This document shows positions 12,418 to 25,285 of a stretch of 44,315 bases of DNA, one piece after another. The translations under genes were made by a program, and so were the position numbers. Under the pieces are notes generated by a model. That model searched no databases. It was not told where the DNA came from and was given only the letters and a program-made list of their open reading frames with translations. Location: the NCBI GenBank assembly GCA_008369845.1, contig MRSU01011690.1, positions 1 through 44,315 on the forward strand. The letters are read 5' to 3'. Within the stretch, counting starts at the first letter, position 1. Each line of letters opens with the position of its first letter. This DNA is from Trichomonas gallinae. Lineage: Eukaryota.

Positions 12418-13638
12418 CTAATCAGTTTCAGTGTCAATTGATACAGAAGGAGGTCCAGAAGTATCATTGTCTGGGACTTTAGCTCTATGGTGATCTTTAA
12501 TATGGTGATCTATTTTAACCCTTTTAGGTTCTGGTTTCTTTTCCTCATCACTTTCATCATTATTACTTTCTTCTTCTTCAGCCGTTGAGTACTCATAAGT
12601 ATATTCGTCATCATCATTGAGAGATTTTATTGCAGAAACAGATTTCTTTGGAAGTTTTTTGTAAATGAAAAATCCGACGCCGCCGAGAGCAGCCACACCA
12701 ACTACACTTCCTGCAGTTGCTGATGTGGCTACTAGAAGAGTATCACTCTTTCGTGCTTCCTCTTGCTTGAATTCTGCTTCACATAAATATGTACTTAAGA
12801 AAATTATGCGAAGCTCTGATTTTGTGAGTGAATCTTTTACATAATCTTTTTTAACTGACGTATCATCGTCAACAAATATACGATTAATTTTGTAATTTGA
12901 TATTTTTTGACCAATAACGAGATTTGAACAGTTATTACGTATGAAGTATGAATTTTCCAGTACAGATGGTGTTTCCGACTGAAAAACGATACAAGCGCTA
13001 ACTTTTTGTAGAAACGAATTATTTGCAATATTTAAATGGTGAAAATATGAAGTATTAACATGTATGAGATCGTAATGACTTGGAAATTCTGATAAGAGGT
13101 TATGCTGTATATTGGAATAAGAAAATTCCGTTTTAGTTATTCCATTATAAGCTCCAGTCGCAGAAAATGAATTTGAATGATTAAGATATTGAATTCTTCC
13201 ATCCATCGACATAAAACTCAAAGCATTAAATGCGTTTTCTTCTTGTGAACCAGTATTAAAAATCGAAAGATAAGAAATATTGACATTACCAGATCCTACG
13301 TAGAACAGAAGTACTCCAGGATATTTAATATCCGATAAAATCTTGCAACCGCATGTTCTTACTATTGTTACATTTCCATTTGCTCTCCAATATAAAGTGG
13401 CTCCTGCGTAATTTTTAGTAATACCTGAGAAAAACGAGTCTTCAACAAGTAATTTATACTGTGATTTAGCAGATAATTTAATAACATGAGTATTAAAGTT
13501 TATCGCTTGTACTTTATCCAGGTAAACGTTTCCATCATAGTTCATATCAGGTGTTATAATCTTCGTGATGGTTGTATTTGGCTCATCCGCGTAATAATCA
13601 TTCCATCCCGAAGCTGCCAATGTAAAAAGAAGAAACAT
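12418..13638 (-). CDS. Single-pass type I membrane protein with beta-helix-like ectodomain and acidic cytoplasmic tail
   Basis: Short signal (MFLLFTLAAS), Asn/Ser-rich ectodomain ending FLSTYLC, TM segment AGSVVGVAALGGVGFFIY followed by KK, then tail DDDEYTYEYSTAEEEE. Confidence 0.8.
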   Translation of the reverse strand: MFLLFTLAASGWNDYYADEPNTTITKIITPDMNYDGNVYLDKVQAINFNTHVIKLSAKSQYKLLVEDSFFSGITKNYAGATLYWRANGNVTIVRTCGCKILSDIKYPGVLLFYVGSGNVNISYLSIFNTGSQEENAFNALSFMSMDGRIQYLNHSNSFSATGAYNGITKTEFSYSNIQHNLLSEFPSHYDLIHVNTSYFHHLNIANNSFLQKVSACIVFQSETPSVLENSYFIRNNCSNLVIGQKISNYKINRIFVDDDTSVKKDYVKDSLTKSELRIIFLSTYLCEAEFKQEEARKSDTLLVATSATAGSVVGVAALGGVGFFIYKKLPKKSVSAIKSLNDDDEYTYEYSTAEEEESNNDESDEEKKPEPKRVKIDHHIKDHHRAKVPDNDTSGPPSVSIDTETD

Positions 13639-14733
13639 TTTTAAAATAAAACATTTTTTGAATAAACTTCAGAAAAAAGAGCCTTATTTTTTACATGATA
13701 ACCATTGAGTGAAATGATCACAAAAAATCAGTAAAACATTTTTAATTTTTTCAGTCAAAAATTGCCAAGCACGAAATAAAATAATACCCAATATGTTATC
13801 TGCATTTTTTATTACAAAAAATCAATATTAAAAATTGAAAATTGGTAAGTCCCGAACAATTCTGACATTTTAGAATAATTATTTTAGATTTTTTTCAGAT
13901 GTTGATTTAAAAAATATTTATTCAATTTTATAAATATTTAAACGCAAGTATTATATGTTCTTTGTTGTCATTTTATATTTATTGACTTAATAAGGAATAC
14001 AAAATTTTATTAATTCACAAAAGTTAATGAATTATTTCAACAGAAATATGGGCAAAGCTCATGGCATACATAGGATGGTTAAAAATGTTTTTTGACTCAT
14101 ATTTTTATATCAAATGTTATCCTAGTTTTTTTCTTCATCGTTTATGTATCGAAATAAGGAACATATAGATTCTATAGGTCTTTGACTTCGTAGAAATTGG
14201 CAATAACCTCAATGAAATCTTGTTTTTATTTTCCAAATTAATTTTTCAGTTTTTAAGGCTAATTGATACGATCTAGCAACACAAGAGTGATATTTAAAGC
14301 GATTTTTCATGCAGTTATTTTGCAAATATTGATGTGTCGCTCAAATTTACAAATTATTGTACACTGCAAGATAAACACGCGACTTGCAATTTATGGACGA
14401 TATGAAAATCGTTACAATTATCCAGATTTTGTCATTTTTTGTCCAATTAAAAAATTATTTTGTTCATCCAGTAAATCATGATTCTATAAAAAATGCAGCT
14501 TATAGACAAATTCCAAATACAACTACGCTTTCTTTTGGCACAAAAATTCCGAGTCGCGTTTGATATGTTTTAAATTTTTATATATATTGACTTAGCAACT
14601 TAATCTATTTGGATTTATATTATCAAACATGTTCCCTATTGATTAGACTTACTTTTTTGGTTTCTCGAGGCAAATAATAATTATTTTCAAAAAAAAATCA
14701 GATTATTTCATAAATTATCAATAAAAACAAAAT

Positions 14734-16236
14734 TTATCTTATAAGTTCCTTCATGTAAGGACGTAAAACAGCCTTTGCTGCATCACCTCTTGTCATCTCA
14801 TATGCAGTCATTTTTTTTTCATCGACAGCCGACGGATCAGCACCTCTACTTATTAAGTACTTAACAGCATCACTTCTATTTTCAATTGCAGCGTACATCA
14901 GCGGAGTTTTATCTCCACAATCTCGGGCATCAACATCTAAGCCTTTATCTATCAAATGCCCGATGACTTCCGTGTTGCCGCTTATTGCCGCTAGGTGTAT
15001 AGCTGACCTACCAATGGAATCCCTAAAAGTCACATCTACTCCGTTGTCTGTCAATAAAAATGTAACATCTTTGAACCCTCTATAAGCTGCATGCATTAAA
15101 GGTGTCCACATGTTCGCTGCTTTCGTGTTTACGTTTGCTCCTGCTTTGATTAACACAGCACAGGCATCCTTGTATCCCCTGCTCGCTGCGTGCGTCAGCG
15201 GAGTCCATCCATTGGAGTCGCGAGGATCCAAAAGTGAACCAGAATTTATTAATTTTTGGCAGAATGCAGCATTTCCATTTGCAGCTGCGAAAGTTATTGG
15301 ACGCTTGAGAGCTGATGTTTGGGACTCTATTGATGCTCCGCAGCTCATGAGGTATTCTGCGACGTCGTAGCGGCCCTCAGATATGGCGAGAAGCAAGGGA
15401 GTGAAGCCTGCAGCGTCTTTTATGTCTATTTGTGCTTTTTTCTCGATTAAAAGTCTGGCCATTGGCATTTTTCCTGTAGAAGCTGCGTAGTGGAGTGGAG
15501 CTTGGCGTTCTTTGTCTAGGATGTTTATGTTTGGATTGTGATTTAAGAGAGCAATTGCCGATTCGTAATTTCCAAGTTGAACAGCATAACTTAATGCTGA
15601 TCTTCCTGTATCATCCTGTAAATCGATTGTAGCTCCACCTTTTATCAAGGTATCGATGATATTTGCTTGATTATATATTGATGCATATATTAAAGGTGTG
15701 TTATTCTGCTCATCTCTAATGTCAGGGTCGAGATCACAGTCTAACATGTATTTTATACTACCTTTGTTTCCTTTCTTTGCAGCCAGGAAGATATTCGGTT
15801 CATAATCGGCGGGTCTTTCTCGCTGAATCTTAGAAGGGTTAATAAACGACGCAAGTCTGTCACATAATGGCGGACCACGTATCGAACTTAACACATTGCA
15901 GATTTCATCAACAGAAGCGCATGAAATTCTCATTGTTTTTAATAATACGATCGCATTACCTTGATGTTTCGACGAAAGATAGTCAAAGAATTGTGCCGCG
16001 ATGCTAGCTTTTATCGTTCCTGCATTAGAAATTATACGATAAATAGAACTTAACGGTAGATCGTAGAAAACAGGATTACCTATGTATCGAAGGATTTTCT
16101 TCGATATGCGGTTCTCTAATTCCTCTGTTGGGGCCTTCTCGGCGATTGCTAGTAATAAGCTATTAATCGTATTAGAAGATCCCATGAAATAATTTGAAAT
16201 TTTTTCTCCTGGAAGTTTCAAAACGAACAAACTCAT
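14734..16236 (-). CDS. Ankyrin repeat protein
   Basis: About 10 repeats of the G.TPL..AA..G....V..LI..GA type, after an N-terminal FYDLPLSSIYRII segment typical of Trichomonas ankyrin proteins. Confidence 0.95.
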   Translation of the reverse strand: MSLFVLKLPGEKISNYFMGSSNTINSLLLAIAEKAPTEELENRISKKILRYIGNPVFYDLPLSSIYRIISNAGTIKASIAAQFFDYLSSKHQGNAIVLLKTMRISCASVDEICNVLSSIRGPPLCDRLASFINPSKIQRERPADYEPNIFLAAKKGNKGSIKYMLDCDLDPDIRDEQNNTPLIYASIYNQANIIDTLIKGGATIDLQDDTGRSALSYAVQLGNYESAIALLNHNPNINILDKERQAPLHYAASTGKMPMARLLIEKKAQIDIKDAAGFTPLLLAISEGRYDVAEYLMSCGASIESQTSALKRPITFAAANGNAAFCQKLINSGSLLDPRDSNGWTPLTHAASRGYKDACAVLIKAGANVNTKAANMWTPLMHAAYRGFKDVTFLLTDNGVDVTFRDSIGRSAIHLAAISGNTEVIGHLIDKGLDVDARDCGDKTPLMYAAIENRSDAVKYLISRGADPSAVDEKKMTAYEMTRGDAAKAVLRPYMKELIR

Positions 16237-17039
16237 GCTATTCAGGGTGGATTAAACGACCAATCTCAATCCTTTCAAAAAAGGCACAAAATTTGTCATC
16301 GAAAAGGAAATCATTTATTGGCTGGAACACAACAATATGGCTTATAAATTGCGGAACACACATTTACACACTGCGAAATCGTAGATTTTGAACAATGGAA
16401 AAATTTAGTTATGCAGATTCATACCAATTTGTATCGTCAAATCAAATACTATCATCATTGAAATCAAATGCTTCATTACTTTGTAAAAAAATCAACCAAA
16501 AATATGTTGCAATACGAAAACATTACAATTTGATGGAATACACATCCTAAAATATATCTACTTTTGGATGTATAAAGTAATTTTCATGCTTTGCAAGTAG
16601 TTTGGTATTTTGATTATTGATTGAATTTTCTTGGAATGATATTTGATGCCCAAAATTCATTTGTAAAATAATGCAATGGACAAGTATTATGAGGAAGGCA
16701 AAAATTTGAGTTATTTTAGTTTGGAACTCGAATTTATTTTGTATTGTATAAAAAAATAATGATATCGTATTACAAATGCATCATTCGCGCTTATATATTA
16801 TTTTTGATGAGCAGCATTGACTCCAAACAGCTTGAAGACTAATATTGATCAAACGAAATCAATATACTGTAAATCTGACGAAAATGACAAATTGACAAAA
16901 ATGTGGCAAAAATAATTTCTCTTTGATTTTTTCATTTTGTTCGATGAAAAACATGCTAAGCTTTCTATTTATCACGAAAATTTTAACATTTCGTATGTAA
17001 TTAATTTTTTTGATTTTTATTTTTCATGATAATATGGCA

Positions 17040-17045
<6 letters not shown>

Positions 17046-17075
<30 letters not shown>
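17046..17075. repeat. (AT)15 microsatellite
   Basis: Perfect dinucleotide run. Confidence 0.95.
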
Positions 17076-17078
<3 letters not shown>

Positions 17079-19892
17079 ATTAAGATACCATAAGATAAAT
17101 ATAAATCTCCATTGCCTTTATCATAAAATCAATTTTAATAAAATTGATTTTTTGATTTTGATATATATGAAATCTATCCATCATAGAATTAATCACCTTT
17201 CTTTTTGACATCTAAACACACAACAACGAGAGGCATCTTATTATGTAGTTCCGAAACTATTTTGCTTTTTAGTTTTAGTGTCATAAATGCAAACATTACT
17301 TGTCAAGCAAAGCGTATTAATTCTGTTTTATCTTATATATAGCATGCTCTAAAGCTGATGTACATGGATTTATAATACGAACAGGCTGAAAATCAATTTC
17401 GGACAAGAGATCTCTTCATTTAAGAATAAGATATGATTTTATTAATAATCTTGTTGAACGAAAATTTCGTGTTCTGTTTTATTAATGAAATCAAGGAACC
17501 AATTTTAACTAATTGTGATTTCAAATATTGAGAGAAAAATCGATAATAAACATACAGGCTTTACCGATACATGTTTTACTGCCTCTGGGCAAATGCGAGT
17601 AATTGAACTCGGTTTTTGTTTCGAAATATAAAATAGCAAAATCATTTTTTATACGTAAATATGTATTATTAACATAATAAACTAGCATGTAAACACACAG
17701 ACTATATGTTAAACTATAGCATTTGGGATATTTTAGAAATTTAAAATTTCAGTAAAAAATATAATTAAAGAAAACAATTGGATAATTGGCCTGTATATTG
17801 ACATTTAGTTAGTAAATGAAGGAACATTATCGAAAAGAATTAATAATGATTTTTTGATATGAATTTGAAAATTTCATGGTAAACCGTGGAAAATCGATAA
17901 ATATAAAGTATGAAACCTCGTAACTTTTGATTTTGTATTATTAGCCTGATTAAAAGCGGACAGAAATAGAAGGCAAAAAATAAATTTTAATTTCATTATT
18001 TTTGTATATTAGGAGAGCTAATAAGAGATAATGCTAAGGAACACGCTGGATATTATATAACTAGCTAGAAATCACACTCTTGAAAGCAACAAAACCAGCA
18101 AAAAATGCAAATTAGGGATTCAATTTATTGTGTTGTTTCTCAAAAATTTGATTGAATTAAGTTATAACCAAATTAACACCACCACATTTATTCATCTTTA
18201 GAAGCATATTATTTTCTAACGATGGCGAAATTAGAATTTCAATATTTAGAAACAAAAAAGTCTTTTTTGTCTATTTTCGCTTTATATGCAAATAAAACAC
18301 AATGATAATCAGAAAATAAAATGAACTGATTTCGTAATCGATATAAATATCATCGAATGAGCAGAAAAAAATATCAAATTGATGAAAAAATTGAGTTGCA
18401 TAAAAATATCGATAGAATAATTATTTTCAGAAAAGGCATTAACACGAAGCCAGCAACAGAAAAATTATAAAATTTCTAATCAGTAACAATTTAATATTCA
18501 ATTTTATTTAAGTCCATTCAATTTTTTGTGGCAACATTATAAATTTGAATTAATATTTGAATAATTTTTCTCGCGATTCTACATTTATCACTGAAAGATC
18601 TTTAATATTTAGCGAATGAAATAATTGAATGACAATTTACAAATCGTCTCAATACATATATTTGTGTAGTCACAAATTTCAATGGTACTCAAACATTTTC
18701 TGTAGTTGTAATATACTGAACAAAATCAGAGCGGTTATTTTAACTGATATTTCAATAATTGACAGGCTGTTTGATAAGTTATTTCCTAATTGAATGAATA
18801 GCAAAAACCGCTATTTTTTTTTTAATTCTCGGAATTTTGATCAATTATTATGATAACTGTTTTATGATGAACATGATGTTAATATATTATTCCATATTCA
18901 CATATTAATTCAGAAAGTTTTATGTAATCGTTCGTTTTTTGTAGCAGTATACCAAATTTTAATTTTATAATCCAAATATAGACATGGAGATAGATATAAA
19001 CTATATCATGGATAAGAAATTAATTAAGTTTTTGACACTGAAATTTGATGATTGTTTTGCCAAGGTGTATTTTCGTTCCCATTTAGAAGTCCTACCCTTA
19101 TGCTATCAAAATTATTTTGTGCTCACCGATATTTAAGTGTTTTCGTTAAAGGAGATGAAAAATCAATTCCCCGCTAATAAGCACATTATTGAAACATTTA
19201 TGTCGCAAATTTCTCTTAAGTAAATATGTAGCAATATGTCACATAACACATAAACCTTCTTTTTTTGATTTAACAAATACAATAAATTATTTCTTACTTT
19301 TTGATCGATAAATTTGGTACATTTATATATAGTGTGCATAATGCAAATTACAGGCGAGCATTCAATTAGAAAACTTCCAAATTTTAATTATGATGATCTT
19401 CAAAATAAAGTTTTTGCCGGTAATGCGCGGAATACAATATAGTGACGTATCTAGTTCATAATAATGCATTAAACTTTCGATCATTGCCAGCAATGGAAAA
19501 TATCTAAAACAAAATTCATCAGTAAAAAATTCATTCACAATTCAAATTCTGTGGATTTTAGAAATTTAATTATGTGTCTATTTGAGTATTCACATCCATC
19601 TGATCAGTTTTTGGTCAACAAAAATCACCAAGAGAAAAATACTTCAAGAAATATGTTTAGTATGATACGTAGATTGTTTTTATATCGAAATTTGAGTTGA
19701 TTTCTAAAATAAATTTATGACATGAAGTCTATGGATAATACATAGGTTAAATATTATTGTCCAAATAATGGAGTGAAACTTTACTCCCCTCAATTAATTC
19801 AATGAGTGGATTCTCAAACTTGAATACCAGAGTTTCACAATTTTTTGAAGGGATTTTAAAATTATTTTTTTTTTTTAGATTTTTTATAGATA

Positions 19893-20330
19893 ATGTATAG
19901 TTCCAAGTTAGAGCGCGATATAATAGAAACAAGAACTGTGAACAAACACTTCAGGACTACATCAAAATCGATCAGGGACTACGAGCGTTTGAAGAAAAGA
20001 ATCAAAAAAATTGGAATTAAGATGGATTTGGTTTCTGCCTACTTCGAGAACATTTTTGGAGGACATGTGACAACACTCTTCCTATTAAACCTCGCCGCGG
20101 ACCTCGAAAAAAAGATTCATGTGGAGGTTGATAGATTGGCGCGACGTAACAGACAAGCCTTGCTGTGCTGGTTCGCGGAAAATTGGGATAAAGTAAAACC
20201 AATCATTCTCGAGGAAAAAGTTCAAAAACTATTAAATCAGAGCAATTTAATCACAAAAGATATAACCAAAGAGGCAAAAGACACTGAGATAGACATATCA
20301 GACTTAAAGCAACTACTTAATCATCACTGA
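19893..20330 (+). CDS. Hypothetical protein of a parabasalid-expanded family (R.ARRNRQALLCWFAENW motif)
   Basis: 145-aa ORF with coding-like composition, a basic N-terminus and a VDRLARRNRQALLCWFAENWDKVKP motif that I recall recurring in Trichomonas hypotheticals. Confidence 0.75.
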   Translation: MYSSKLERDIIETRTVNKHFRTTSKSIRDYERLKKRIKKIGIKMDLVSAYFENIFGGHVTTLFLLNLAADLEKKIHVEVDRLARRNRQALLCWFAENWDKVKPIILEEKVQKLLNQSNLITKDITKEAKDTEIDISDLKQLLNHH

Positions 20331-23102
20331 TCCGTTTATAACAAAAAGTTTTCCAAAACTTTTTTCCTCAAAAAAATATATTATGTTGTAATTTTCAAGC
20401 CATATGTAGAGTGCTTGCTTGTTTTTGTAAATAGATTTTGTTTTTACCTGACAAGTATTTAAAGGTTAGCATATATACAGCGGTACTACTCACATATTTT
20501 TTGATATATTGTGAAATCATTTTTAAAATTGAATATTTATGGATTATAAACAAGTGCAATCAATTTCTTGGAACTTGGTTGTGAATAAAATACTTTCAAA
20601 TATTTGAAATGATGAATATTTTTGTAATTAATTACAATTATTTTTTTTGCCAAAAATATTCTTTCAAAATATATAATTACCTTAATGATTTAAAGTGCAT
20701 ATTATACAATGCATTCAGTAGTATTAAAGACTACACCAAAAATGAAGTGTTTTTCTTGAAATTATTTATAAATCAGGAAGGAATGTATTATTTCCTTCAA
20801 GCGATAATGGTTGATGTAGACCTTGCGTATTTATATATACGAGCAATTCTCAATAATACAGGTATTTTTCGATATAAATCAGTGATTGGAATTTCCGTAA
20901 AATCGAATTGTTACATGTGTTGGAAATAGCATACTCTAGGAGTATGAAGGTTTAAACGCCTGGGAAACTCTTTTGAACCAAAAGCCTCTTTAATAGGGTA
21001 GATATATTGGGAGATTCAAAATATTTGAATATCAAAGAATATTCACAACATTTTAACGTAGTTGTTTTCGAAATGTTGGGAAACGCAAAAATGTAATTTT
21101 CCGCAAAATAAACATATTTTTCCAGCAATATAAGGTACAACGAGCATATAAGATGAAAAATTAGTTTTGATATGCTTTCAAATTTCTTCTTTACAAATTT
21201 ACTGAAATATTTTGTTCTGAATTTCAAAACCTGTTCCAAATCATTCTACTGCATTATAAGGACCAGCTGTCGTCGAAAAGTTACAAAAATTTCAATGCTA
21301 AAATCTTTTGAGTTTGTGAGGTGTTTCAAATGCATTCAAATCACATATAGTTTGCTTCTTTTAGCTCTTTTTGGGTTCATGTAATTCCCTGTACCATGAA
21401 GTCGTCATATCAAATGAGATTTTTTATTTCGCGCCTTTTGCATACGTTATTTTTTTAACTTCTCTCTCATTATCATTTTTCAAATTTATTCTCACATGAC
21501 AGAAGTCATCATCATGTTGATAAAACGCTATAAAACGTTTCATAAAATAATTTGCTGACAATAGCCCAGCAAACCACTAATATGAAAAATAGAATAAAAA
21601 TAAATATCTACTGACAAAATCTTATGATTTTGTTAATATACTTTCATGAATAGTTCTCAAAATGCATTTGAATTTTTCCTTTTGAATATGCCTATATCAT
21701 TTTTCAATACCCAAAAGTTCTCATGCGATAAGCTATATTTAGAGAGCATTTTAAGCCAGAAATGCTGTGATTATTTTTTGAATGCTTTAACAAAATATTG
21801 CCTTCTCAATAAATAAAACGTCAACAGAAAATAAGCAGTGGTGTTTTCAAATTTTTTATTTCGAATTTTATTAGTTAATGATTTATAATGTATAAATAGC
21901 ATTTTTCATATTCATAAAATCAGACAAATTAATTTTCAAAATTGAAGCTTAATTTTATTATGTTTCCAACACATATGATGGTTCCAGTAGTTTAATCTAA
22001 TAAAATTTCATTTTACGCCTTTCGGACTCAATTTTTGAATTTTTATTTTTATCTTATTTTATCAGTATATTTATTGTTTACATTGTATTAATGAGTATTC
22101 AAACGCAGAAATAATCAAATACTGTGCGATTTTTAAAATCGAGAATTTGGGAAATCGGATATATCTATATTTGGACACACATACATTGTTTTCTAGTAAT
22201 TTCAATTTTGTTACCGATAGTATTTTTGGCAATGGCAATGATTTTTTTGATAACCGATTTTAATTGGACTCAAAAATCTGTTCGTCATTGATAAATCTAT
22301 TTATTAGGACCCAATTAACTAATTTCCTGTTGAGTTTAAGTCACATTTCGATTGCAAACAATTGCCAGAAAAAAGATTCGTCAAAAAATCTCACACACAG
22401 CCTGAAAAGATATATAACCATCAGAGATACTGTCAATATATCCTGTTATTTGATTATTTTCCTCTTGAAGTTCGTAGAAATATGGCAAGATGATAATTTT
22501 CACTGACTGTGAGAAAAACCCAACGAAAGCTAATATCTAAGTAGAATATATCTACTCCAAATACAATGAATAGCTGATTCTTGAAGTTTTTATTCCCTAA
22601 AACAACAAATCTGCTTTTTTATTTGACAAGTTAACTCAAAGCAGCAAAATCATCACAAGCATTAATATTAAAACTACGCTATAAAAGGCTATTAAGAATC
22701 TAAAAAGATTGAGCTTGATTGCATCATAAACTTGAAAATTATTGATGAATAAAAATATGGATATATAGACAAAAGAAACTAGTCTTATTTACTAAGATCA
22801 TTAACTTAGTTTTGACATTATCATCTGTTCTTATCAACAAAAATATCAACTTATAAAATGAGATATTTTTTTTTCAACGAACAAATTCATTTAAATATTG
22901 TTCGGAATGGAGCTATTATTGGATGAAAAAGTACACTGCATCTATAAGTATACATATAAATGCATGTTTCTCACATAGTTAATAGTCACAACTCTTGATA
23001 ATAATAGACCAAAAACGATTTTTTAGAATGCATGAAAATAAGGTTTATTAATAAAAAAGATAGAAGGATACATGTTTAAAGCATACAAATAAGTGAAATA
23101 AA

Positions 23103-23606
23103 TCAATTATAGTATGTGTAGCGCTGTTTGACGATTGGATTGGAGGTCATCTTGCCGTTGGTCTCACACATGAATGGCATCGATCCATTCTCGCATAAGT
23201 GGACTGAAATCTTGACTTTCACGTTATAATATTTGTTGTTTGGTGTCTGAAGATAAAACTCCTGAGTTGTCATTTTATTGGACTCAAAAGCGGACAATCT
23301 CAGTTCTACTTCACCAATGATCTCATTACCACCAAAGTTTTTCTTTTTCAGCAATGAAATTACAAATGATGAAGTATTGACATTATTATACTGGAAATCC
23401 CAGACATTTGTAGGTGCTGACTTGATAATAAACTCTTCTGGATGGAGCTTAACGCTTGTTCTTGGTCCGACACCTATGATAAATTTTGTGTCTTGCTTCA
23501 CTGGAACATCGCCCGGCTGCACAGCCTCAACGCGGACGTAGGCTGTATTGACAGGGATACCGGAGAACCTACTGTTGTTCATGGCCATGTTTCTGTTAAA
23601 CATCAT
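23103..23606 (-). CDS. C2-domain-like hypothetical protein (paralog A)
   Basis: 167 aa that aligns without gaps to 24782..25285. SSFVISLLKKKNFGGNEIIGEVELRL resembles the C-terminal C2 strands. Confidence 0.8.
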   Translation of the reverse strand: MMFNRNMAMNNSRFSGIPVNTAYVRVEAVQPGDVPVKQDTKFIIGVGPRTSVKLHPEEFIIKSAPTNVWDFQYNNVNTSSFVISLLKKKNFGGNEIIGEVELRLSAFESNKMTTQEFYLQTPNNKYYNVKVKISVHLCENGSMPFMCETNGKMTSNPIVKQRYTYYN

Positions 23607-23674
23607 TCAAAAGTGATGGGGTTTCCATTGACTTCTTGAAAACAAAATAGATTGAATGAATCAAATCAAAAAGA

Positions 23675-23696
23675 TTGAATGAAAAATAGGTCATTG
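23675..23696 (-). promoter_or_regulatory. Conserved promoter element CAATGACCTA-N5-CATTCAA (copy A)
   Basis: Minus strand CAATGACCTA TTTTT CATTCAA. The same motif and spacing occur upstream of the paralog at 24730-24751. Confidence 0.65.
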
Positions 23697-24729
23697 TTTT
23701 CAATGTATTTCATTCGTCAATCATCTAAAATCATTATAAAACTGCTTACTTTAATGTGTAGAGTCTATATTAAAGAAAAATGTAATTGTAAATGAAGATG
23801 ATTTGGTTTTCAATTTTTTCAGATTGGGACAAATTGATCAAGACTATCCAAACTATGCACATTGGTATATTTATGCTTTTGGTGCAGTTTTTGCAGTCAA
23901 AAAGTCATTCGTTCATTATTTTTTTTATCAGATCGTTTATCATGGTTGATTTTGATCCCAAATGACAATAACCGTGAATTTAGCAATATGAATAGTACTC
24001 GAATCTTGAGAATTTATGATTGGATACAATAAAGATTGATTTTCCAAAATTTCAAGATATAATTTTCGGCCAAAAACATCAAATATAGTTTTGGCTTATG
24101 ATTTATAATTTATTACTATCATTTTCAGACAAATAACCATCTCTTGGATTTGAGTTAGATAAAATTTTGAAGAATTAATTGTATAATAATGTAAAGTGTC
24201 TTAAATTGGAACAATATTGAAAATTCCGCTCGATTTTATTCCTCAAGTTTTGAGATTCGAAAAAGAAAGTCTTTATTTTAGTCAATTATATCATATTTGG
24301 ATTTGATATATCATTTCCATTTTGTGGTTTCATATAATAATTGATTTTCGAGATTGATGAATTGTAAAATTTTATATTGAGATCTTTTATATGATGTATA
24401 ATTAATATAATAATAAATAAATCAAAATCAGTTTTGCGAGAAAAATAACCATTGTTAGGCATTGAAAAATATTATCCATATAAGTCATATTTTTTCACCA
24501 AAATCCAAATTTTCGACAATTTTGGATTTTTTTTCGAACGATCCAAAAATTTTGTTATATTTAGTATCTATAGATTATGTTAAATAGAATTATTGAATAA
24601 AATCGAGAATTTTGATTTACCCGTAACTCATTGAATTTAATGACCTTTTTAACTCTCAAAATTAGTTTCAATACTATTAAAAATTAATATAAAAATACGC
24701 TTAAATATAGCGTATAGATCGATATTTTT

Positions 24730-24751
24730 CAATGACCTAATGAACATTCAA
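24730..24751 (+). promoter_or_regulatory. Conserved promoter element CAATGACCTA-N5-CATTCAA (copy B)
   Basis: CAATGACCTA ATGAA CATTCAA, 30 nt before the ATG at 24782. Confidence 0.65.
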
Positions 24752-24781
24752 AATTTTAATAATTTTTATCATTTTTAATAA

Positions 24782-25285
24782 ATGTTCAACAACAACACAT
24801 CATTGTACGATGACAACAATTATGCTATCAAGGAAGGTAACCGTGCATTCATTAGAATCGATTCAGTACATACAGGAACTTATCCTATCAAATCTAAATC
24901 CACACTTATTGCACATGTTGGTCCAAGAACAAGTTTCATGAATCATACAAGTGAATTTGGTCTCAATGAAGCTCCTCTTGATACATGGGACTTCTCCTAC
25001 AAGAATGCACAAAATTCATCTTTTGTTATTGCCATTTTCAAAAAGAGGCTCTTTGGTGGTGATGAAGAGATTGGGGAGATTGAGCTCAAGCTTGGTTCTT
25101 TTGAGAAAAACAAAGTCGTTTCAGAAACATTCGAACTCCAAACACCACGCAACAGATATTTCAATGTCAAGGTCAATGTTTCTGTTCACCTTTGCGAGGA
25201 TGAAGGTTTCCCATTCTGTGCAGACGGAAATGGAAAACTTCTCTCAAATCCAGTTATCCACCACCAGACAACATATTTCAACTAA
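24782..25285 (+). CDS. C2-domain-like hypothetical protein (paralog B)
   Basis: 167 aa sharing VGPRTS, WDF.Y.N, SSFVI, FGG.E.IGE.EL, LQTP.N.Y.NVKV..SVHLCE and NGK..SNP with paralog A. Confidence 0.8.
   Translation: MFNNNTSLYDDNNYAIKEGNRAFIRIDSVHTGTYPIKSKSTLIAHVGPRTSFMNHTSEFGLNEAPLDTWDFSYKNAQNSSFVIAIFKKRLFGGDEEIGEIELKLGSFEKNKVVSETFELQTPRNRYFNVKVNVSVHLCEDEGFPFCADGNGKLLSNPVIHHQTTYFN

Noticed and set aside
17685..17700. TAAACACACAG resembling the Trichomonas intron 3' consensus ACTAACACACAG
   Set aside because: The branch-site portion does not match, and there is no GTATGT-like donor or flanking exon.
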